Assembly: GCA_016748015.1 (NCBI GenBank)
Contig: JAAOMT010000082.1
Location: 326,349-390,348, forward strand
Direction: 5' to 3'
DNA length: 64,000 nucleotides
Source: Geosiphon pyriformis uo1
Taxonomy: Eukaryota; Fungi; Glomeromycota
A model generated the notes under the pieces. The model was not told the origin of the DNA. It was given only the letters and a program-made list of their open reading frames with translations, and did not search any database. Numbering within the stretch: the stretch's first letter is position 1; each line of letters opens with the position of its first letter. Of this stretch, positions 55,908 to 64,000 are shown piece after piece. Position numbers and translations under genes: made by a program.

Positions 55908-57451
55908 ATGAGTGATTATTCATACCTGCCACAACAATCAGAAGAACACTTTAAAGCACACAACAAAAATGATCTAGACTTTATTGAACTCAATCCTTTG
56001 CCCTCCTGCTTGATTTGCTTCCCCATTGAAAAACAATCCAGCAAAACTTTTGGAACTGGTTCTTAAATGAGCATTCAGCTGAAACTTACACAGCTTATAC
56101 AATCTATTACTTTGACTAAGCTTATTTTGAAGATGACTTTGAAGAAAAAAACAACAATATCAATCAGCTTTTATATTCTGCAACCTTTGAACAACAGCCC
56201 TCTGATTTTGAATATCTGAATCATCAAATCCATATTTGGATTGCTGCCCATCAATTAACAGAAACTCTTCTTGAAACAAAAGAAGAAAGCTATTAAACCA
56301 CTCTTGTTTTTGATTTCTTTTCAAGTGAATCAGAACACTCTACACAAACAGTTACACCTGAACCAATGGCTCAAGACTCTCTACAACAAAACATTCTGAT
56401 TGCCCTCTAAGGTATGCAGACTGCTTTAGGGCAAAGAAATAACACCCCATTACCATTATTTAGAGGTAATGTACAAGATCTAATTAAATGGTTGGATGAC
56501 TTTGAGAGAGCTGCTACAGTTAACCAATACAATAATAAGTACAAGTTTCAAATTGTTGGTGGCTATCTTCAAGGCTCCCCTGCCACCTGGTTCTTACAAA
56601 AAACTGATGCCAATGCCCATCAAAGAATCATTAGATGGATGTCAGCAAATGCTGGAGAAAACAATACCTCTTTTACAACCCAGTTTAAAAACAAGTTCAG
56701 AACCACAATCTTGATATCCAAGTGGCACATGGAATTAGAAAAAAAAACTCAAGGCCCTGGTGAAATTGTAACTGAATATGCTAAAGCAATCAGAAAGTTA
56801 ATCAAGTGTGTAGACTCTGGAAAAAATTGGACAGAAGAGCAAAAAATTTATTCCTTCACAAAAAGATTGAGAACCGATTTATCTTATGCTCTTTGGCTTC
56901 TCTTGGCCCTGAAAAACAATCCTACAATAGACATGGCCATTGAACTTGCCCAATGAATTGAAGACAACCAAAGAATACATTTGGAATCTACACTTCCAGT
57001 TTTTGCTTCTGCTCTTGTCATAGCTCCTGCTCTTCAAATGACTGCTGCCTCTTTTGCTGCCCAAACTTAAGATCCAAATGAACAATTAATTGATAAACTT
57101 ACAGCCAATTTTGCCCAGTTATTAGAACCTTTGGCACAAGCAGTTAGAGATAACCAACAACCACAAAGACCCAGATATGAATTACGTTTTAATCAGCCCT
57201 AGCAACCTCCTTATCAAAGACAGCAAAATCGTGATTTTTTTGTATGTTATAGATGTGGATTAACTGAACATTTCTCAAGAGATTGCAACAATTCTCCTTT
57301 ATTTTCTCCAGTCCCCAGAAATAATGATAATCAAAACAATAGATCCATTAACAATAATACTCCCAATCAAAGACCCAACCATGCCAACATCAATTTCTTT
57401 GGAGAGGATCCTCTAGTTGAAGCCACAGTCTATTAGCCTTTAAACTGGTAG
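55908..57451 (+). pseudogene. gag: gag of Gypsy A
   Basis: Capsid motifs in ORF 56414..56956 and CCHC knuckle at 57245; internal stops; the frame ends TGG TAG just after the slippery site. Confidence 0.8.
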
Positions 57452-57486
57452 GTGCACCTCCAAAGGGTAAGAGTGCAAGCCAACCA
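57439..57486 (+). promoter_or_regulatory. Candidate -1 programmed ribosomal frameshift signal (T TTA AAC plus 3' stem-loop)
   Basis: The heptamer is in X XXY YYZ register in the gag frame; pol ORFs 57535, 58030, 58645, 58993 and 59233 are all in the -1 frame; TGGTAGGTGCAC can pair imperfectly with GTGCAAGCCAACCA. Confidence 0.7.
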
Positions 57487-59951
57487 GAAAAAAACCCCTT
57501 TTTCACTTTTAACTTAACTAATAATGACCATGACATGAATGAATTAGCAATCAACACTTCTGAATCAACCAGAAAAAAGAAGAAAGCCAAGATTGATTTC
57601 ATTCTAGATCCCAACAAAGCCTCAACTTCCACTGCTGATAACAATGAGCCACCAAAAGCCAAAGTTTTTAAGAACCCTCCAAAGTTGGAACCCCCAGAAA
57701 TTGTACAAAAATCTGGACCTTATTCTGTTGTCAAAGATCTTATAGAAACTCCAGCACATATTACCTTTGGCCAGTTAATAATCTATTCACAGTTCAGAAA
57801 AAATCTTCGCAAATCTCTAATCTCCAAGAAGAAAACACCAAAGACCAATAAACACTCTCGCCAAGCTGGACTTGCTGACAACAGCAATGTCACTCCTCTA
57901 ATTTGCAAAGCACAAGTGGCTGGTTACTTCATTAACTTGATCCTAGACAGTAGATTATCTGTTAGTGTAATTGCCAAACACTTTCTTGAAGCAATTGGCA
58001 GAAAAATTGATGAGCCTTCTACCTGACCAATGACCAATGTACATGATGACAAGAAGAAAGGTCTGAGTATTGCCAAAGCTATTTCTGTTTGCATCAATGG
58101 CATTAGTATTGAAACTAACATGGAAGTTTCTGAAGCTAAAGAATACACTATTATTGTTGGCAATAAGTGGCTCAAGAAAACAAAAGCCTTACTCGACTAT
58201 GAACTTTGTGAGCTAATCATAAGATGTGGTGAAAAACTCATTGTGGTTAAATGTCACCATTGGACAACTTCTCCAGCAACCAAACAAAATCAAGAAGATG
58301 AGCAATCAGAGGAATCAGATGATGAAGAGAGTGATGAAGATGATGAACAAGAAGAACAAGAAGAAACTGCTGAACTTGCCTACACCACTTTTACCAGCAA
58401 TGGCAAACTACTAGACAATGTTAAAGCTAATAGAGAGGGAATCATTGTGAATGGCAAGCTGATCTGCTGGCCCTACTATGATATCCTTAGAAGAATCTTT
58501 GACCAAAAACCTGGCAAAAAAGCCAAGTACTGTTATTGGTGGCATGGTCTTTGTGCCCAGTGCTGGTGCAATAAATCTTTGTATTCTTCAAGTGATGAAT
58601 GCAAATCATGTCTAATCTATTACAAAGATTGAGAACCAATCAGTTTGATACCTAGAGAAGAATTGAAAGAAGTCCAAAAGTCCTTTAAAAATGAACCACC
58701 TGAGATCCAATCACTAGTTGTAGAACAAAGAAAACTCTCTTCAGAAGAAAGAAAAATAGACATTGAAAATCTGCTGGCTAGAAACAGTCCAGTTATCTCA
58801 AAAGAAAGTAATACCTCTGGACAAACTCATGTGATACAACACACTATCACCACCAAAGAAACTCACCCCATCCATTTAAAGCCATATTAATCCAATCGCC
58901 ACAATGATGAGTTCATCAAGAAAGAAATAAAACAAATGAAAAATCTTGGATTCATACAAAAAACCAAGAGTGAATGAGCTTTTTCAGTTGTAGTGGTATC
59001 CAAGAAAGGTGGAACCTTGTGCTTCTGTGTCAATTATTGCCAATTAAATGTCATCACTGAAAGAGACATGTATCCACTTCCCAAAATTAATGCAATGCTA
59101 GATCAATTCAAGAGTGCTGCTTTTTTCTCAACCATTGATCTAACTGTTGAATTTTGGCAAGTAGAGATGAATTCAGAAAGTTAGAAGAAAACCGTCTTCA
59201 TAACCAAGTATGGCATCTATGAATTCACAGTTATGTCTTTTGGTCTTATCAATGCCCCTCCCGCTTTTCAATGCTTAATGGATAAAATATTTGAATCAGT
59301 GAAAGAAAACTTTGTTCTGGTCTATTTGGACGATATAATGGTGTACTCAAAAACCTGGGATAAACACCTTGAACATTTACAAAAGGTTTTTAATCTTCTC
59401 AGAAATGCAGGTCTCAAGATCAACCCAATCAAATCTTTTTTTGGAAGACAATCCACCCAATTCCTTGGCCATCTTATTACAAAAGATAGAATCTTCCCTG
59501 ATCCAGCCAAAGTGAAAAAAGTTCAGAACATAAGACAACCAATAAATGTTCATAAGTTATGTTCTTTCTTTGGTTTGGCCTCCTATTATCGCAAATTTGT
59601 TAAGAATTTCTCCAAAATTGCCTCTTCACTTAATCAGCTACTCAGAAAAAATATCAACTACCATTGGGGCACACATCAGCAGAAAGCATTTGAAACTCTC
59701 AAAGAAAAATTGGTTACAGAATCTATTCTCAAGCAACCTGATCTGGATCAACTTTTCATCTTTCACACTGATGCATCTGGTTATGGACTTGGTGCTGTTC
59801 TCTCACAAAAAGATGAAGATGGCAGAGAACATACAATAGTCTATGCCAGTAGAACCCTTACACCAGCAGAAAAGAATTATTCAGTTACTGAGCAGGAATG
59901 CTTAGCAGTAGTTTGGGCTACCAGCTACTGGGATAAGTATCTCCTTGGTGT
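57445..59951 (+). pseudogene. pol: pol of Gypsy A (PR - acidic/Cys-rich insert - RT - RNase H, truncated)
   Basis: One reading frame broken only by stop codons; motifs as listed for element A. Confidence 0.9.
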
Positions 59952-60149
59952 TGTTACCAGTAGAATTTTAGCTATTAATTAGCATGAAATTTCCTTTATA
60001 ATTCCTATCATTAATTAGCATATATTATTATCGTTTTGAATTTCACTTATTATTTAATCAAATTAGCAATTATCATCATTTAATCAATAACCCGATTTGG
60101 ACCATAGAAATTGAGATGATCAATTTACACAATACCCTGAACCATATAA

Positions 60150-60310
60150 CATAGCCAAAATTTGCCGAAATTAATGAAAATTGGCCGAAATAATTCATAG
60201 TTCAGCGAAATAACTTGTAGTTCGCCGAAATGTATCTTTAGTTCACCGAAATTCTAGAAAAGAGAAAAAGTGCAAGTTCAAAGACTAGTACTACAACAAG
60301 TTGTATAAAA
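60150..60310 (+). promoter_or_regulatory. LTR-B U3 short repeats (GCCGAAAT-like, ~6 copies) and TATA-like box at ~60303
   Basis: gccaaaat, gccgaaat, gccgaaat, agcgaaat, gccgaaat, accgaaat at mostly ~20-bp spacing, followed by GTATAAAA. Confidence 0.5.
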
Positions 60311-60463
60311 GAAGAGCTTTTCTCTTCAAGAAAATGTATCTTCTGATATCTTACCATAGTATCTTACTTTAGGTATCTTAATTAGAACAAATCACTTTTT
60401 ACATATCTCAAATAAAAATTAAATATTCGAAAACCAAATCCTTTGATTATTACACTTGAAATT

Positions 60464-61120
60464 NNNNNNNNNNNNNNNNNNNNCTCACTGCAAGCAAAGA
60501 TTCAACATCCAAGACGGAATTGAGGCATTTAAGAAATCATTATACCAATACATCGAAAACCGATTCAACAACTACCTATTTGGAGACTACAACATTACTG
60601 AAGTCAAAAGCAACCTCTACAACAACTTACTACACTATTCTCGTCTAAATACTGAGGAGCTCAACAGTGAAACAATTGCCACCTACTTTCAAGAACTTGA
60701 TTTCAATATCATCCAATACTGTGAAGAAAAATACCCAGTCCCACAACAATTTTCTCTAGGTTTCGAATCAGAGACAGAAACAAGCAATAAAAGCAAACAG
60801 AAACAGAAACAACTTTTCAGCACCACCCCCAATACTCCAAAAACTCCAAAGATAACTGCCAAACATCTACAAACACCAGAGCAAAGAACCAATATCAAAC
60901 TACCACTATCCCTTACACTATTTCTTGCTTCACTTGCTCAACCACAGACACCAGATTCACCACTTGTCCGGTTCTCAAGAATAGAAGATTTTCAGTCACC
61001 AAAGAATCCTACTCAACAGCAGGAACCAATATCAACTAGCACCAACCTTCTTGATTACTTACAAGAGAATCAAAGTAATCATTCTGAGAACCTAGAAAGC
61101 NNNNNNNNNNNNNNNNNNNN
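60464..61120. other. Assembly artefact: two 20-N gaps bracketing a 617-bp misplaced copy of 61695-62311
   Basis: gattattacacttgaaatt occurs immediately before gap 1 and immediately after gap 2, i.e. overlapping contig ends. Confidence 0.85.
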
Positions 61121-64000
61121 GATTATTACACTTGAAATTCTCTCAACACAACTAACATTTTGAAATTGATTAGCTACCAATTTCAGTAATCTGTTAGTGA
61201 CTCCAGGCCTGGATAGAAAACGTTTCCTTGACAAAATTCTATTTCTTTACGTTTCTGTTATTTTTCCTCTTTCTTTTCTTATCATAATCATTTGGGTAGC
61301 CTACAGACGAGATTCCTGTAAAAGAGTTGACTTTCACAGCAAAGTAACTACACATTTTTAGTGAGCTTCCAGACGAGCAATTCCTGGGAAAGAGTTAACG
61401 TTTACTACAACGTAACTACATAAAGTAACTGGCACGGAATTGGCCATTCCACTTATAAGCCCAGCGGTTCAAATTATAGGAGATAATTTGAAGATAAATT
61501 CAGTTATCGAAGGTTCAACTACTTCCTCTAGTCGTGAATAAACAGCAAAACAACATCAACAACCTTCAAGAAAAGAGACCAAAAACCTCCAGTAACATTT
61601 GGTGCTCTCCCACGGAAACAACACAGCAACAACAACTTCAAAGTGGCGTCTGCTTCAGACATAACAACTCTAGAGTACTACCAGTCAATTTACACTCACT
61701 GCAAGCAAAGATTCAACATCCAAGACGGAATTGAGGCATTTAAGAAATCATTATACCAATACATTGAAAACTGATTCAACAACTACCTATTTGGAGACTA
61801 CAACATTACTGAAGTCAAAAGCAACCTCTACAACAACTTACTACACTATTCTCGTCTAAATACTGAGGAGCTCAACAGTGAAACAATTGCCACCTACTTT
61901 CAAGAACTTGATTTCAATATCATCCAATACTGTGAAGAAAAATACCCAGTCCCACAACAATTTTCTCTAGGTTTCGAATCAGAGACAGAAACAAGCAATA
62001 AAGGCAAACAGAAACAGAAACAACTTTTCAGCACCACCCCCAATACTCCAAAAACTCCAAAGATAACTGCCAAACATCTACAAACACCAAAGCAAAGAAC
62101 CAATATCAAACTACCACTATCCCTTACACTATTTCTTGCTTCACTTGCTCAACCACAGACACCAGATTCACCACTTGTCCGGTTCTCAAGAATAGAAGAT
62201 TTTCAGTCACCAAAGAATCCTACTCAACAGCAGGAACCAATATCAACTAGCACCAACCTTCTTGATTACTTACAAGAGAATCAAAGTAATCATTCTGAGA
62301 ACCTAGAAAGCGAAGGAACTGAATCAGAACAGAAAGAACCAGAAGACCTTGAAAACGAAGAAATGGCAACCGCTTATATTGCAAAAATTCCCAAATTTAC
62401 TGGTGAAGATAGCGATACCAGTCCTCAAGAATGGCTTGACAAAGTTTCGAAAGCAGGAGATGCGAATGGATGGAATGCAGCCAGAATGCTCAAAGCAATT
62501 CCTTACTTTCTCCAAGGAACGGCCGGAGAATGGTTCGAAAATTTGGAAGGACCATTTGAAAACTGGCAAGCATTCAAAGATGCTTTTCTTCAACAGTTCA
62601 CCGACAACAACACCTCTATCACACTCCGAAACCGATTCCGAAACATTAAGCAAGATCCATCAAAATCAGTTATGACCTACCTTGGAAAGTTCAACAAACT
62701 ACTCAGAAGAATTCGCCAATTGGAAACCAATGAATATTACTCCAATGCTCAGATTTTGGATCAATTTATTGCTGGACTAAAGGACAAACTGATCAAGAAA
62801 GTTCGCCCACACAACCCAGAAGATTTAGCTACTGCCATTCGCCATGCGAAAAATTACAAAATGGCTATGGAAGAAGCTAACCGCACAAAGCTTGTTAACC
62901 TTGCCATTGGTGAAACCAGCTCAGCAGCTGAAGAGAAAATTGACCAGCTTACCAAGAAAGTTGAAAACTACTTCACCAATCAACAACAACCGCAGCAACA
63001 ACCGCAAAGATATCAACCACCCCAACGACGGAACCAAGGAAACTTCTCATCAGCACCCATTGGTCAACCCCAGAATTGCCACTATTGTGGAATTCCAGGA
63101 CATTAGAAACGAGATTGTAGGAAGTTGCAAAGAGACCAGCAGCAAAGGAATAATCAACGTCATTCCCAATCACAACAATCGTACTATCAATCTCCACCAC
63201 CACCAGCTTATTATTCACCAAGACCACAGTACCAGAACAACTATTATCAACCCGCTCCCCAACTAATGCAACAGCCATACCAACAACTTCCACCAATTGC
63301 ACAATATCAACAACCACTTCCAGTTCAACAATACCAAGTACCTGCTAGGAAAATCACTCAACAAAATCAATTCACACCACAAAATCGTTTTCAAAACAAC
63401 AACAACAGAACTAGCTCCAACAATCAATTGATACCCAGAAATCCGATTCAACAGAGACATAATCATTACTAAACACAACCAAGTTACTTAACAATGCCAG
63501 AGGAACAGAATTTTCAACAAACTGCACTTTTTGAAGGTGAAGTTGCAGCACCAAGACAAAACCCTTCTACCAACAACCAAACAATCTCACCAGCAAAAAT
63601 TGCCGAAAACGCCAACCTTTCAGATATATTCCCATTTGAATTTGAAACAAACGAATCACCATTCTTGCTTAGCAATGCAGCTGTCAATGAACAAAAAGCA
63701 ATTACAGCTATGTATACAGAGGCTGAAGTAGAAGGAAAACAAATCCGCTTAATCTTAGACAGTGGATCCACTGGAAGCATCATCACTTACCAACTGATGC
63801 AACAGCTCCACTGAAATGTGGATAGACCTGCCCAAACAGTTATTGTCACTGCTGATGGTATGAAAAAGACCCCAGTAGGAGAAATTGACAATTTCCCTTT
63901 CACAATTGATGGAATCACTATTCCAGTCAAAGTTCTGGTCATGGATGCACCTCAATATCAAGCTCTTGTCGGAAACGATTGGCTTCTCAAAGCCAATGCA

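Larger units (their letters stand above)
55215..59951 (+). mobile_element. Ty3/Gypsy LTR retrotransposon A (5' LTR 55215-55855, PBS-like site, gag, protease, RT, RNase H), inactivated; remainder displaced by element B
   Basis: LTR ends TGTAACA, followed by GTAGTGCTCTTTGTGAGG (TGGTGC-type PBS, mutated). Gag capsid (WLDDFERAA, YLQGSPATW), knuckle CYRCGLTEHFSRDC, protease LILDSRL, RT MSFGLINAP and VYLDDI, RNase H HTDASGYGLGAVL..NYSVTEQECLAVVWA; many TGA/TAG/TAA stops. Confidence 0.95.
59952..64000 (+). mobile_element. Younger Ty3/Gypsy-type LTR retrotransposon B inserted in the RNase H of element A (5' LTR 59952-61597 including an assembly artefact; gag-protease runs off the window)
   Basis: Perfect TGTTAC...GTAACA termini; TTTGGTGCTCTCCCACGG PBS-like site at 61598; capsid (IPKFTGED..PQEWL, FLQGTAGEWF), knuckle CHYCGIPGH*KRDC and protease LILDSGSTGS in one frame with few stops (61772, 63104, 63470, 63812). 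Confidence 0.92.

Noticed and set aside
60484-61100. Apparent 617-bp duplication of the Gag leader inside LTR B
   Set aside because: Bounded by two 20-N gaps with overlapping flanks; a scaffolding artefact from a sister copy (four transition differences seen), not a biological rearrangement.
63470-63472. TAA between gag and protease of element B as a programmed readthrough site
   Set aside because: It lies in a Gln-rich tract and fits CAA>TAA decay like the other stops; no readthrough context is evident.

Overview
Very AT-rich, intron-containing eukaryotic DNA. The gene content (BTB-BACK-TLDc protein, TKL-type kinase remnant, class-3 lipase-like paralogues, CYP450) and the repeat families are most consistent with a Glomeromycotina fungus (inference, not verified). 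Host genes sit on islands among decayed mobile DNA: a 5-exon lipase-3-like gene (-, 5393-6894), a 6-exon half-size ABCA transporter (+, 17409-20542), a BTB/TLDc gene (+, 28688-30234), a 5'-truncated second lipase-3-like gene (-, 31846 to ~32900), a cytochrome P450 (+, 35273-37064) and a predicted secreted protein with ~27 in-register 13-residue Gly/Asn repeats that can splice onto a Thr/Pro-rich extensin-like tail (+, 48134-50057). The right end is a nested stack: three copies of a LINE-type ORF1 family, a solo LTR with a 4-bp TSD, a Ty3/Gypsy element carrying a UUUAAAC -1 frameshift signal, and a younger Gypsy element inserted in its RNase H. The repeats show an apparent age-graded C>T/G>A decay. 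The most interesting signals are the Gly/Asn solenoid-plus-stalk protein with a possible intron-retention switch, the Ser-to-Gly pseudo-lipase family near a half-size ABCA, and the RIP-like hypermutation. All exon boundaries and alignments were read by eye.
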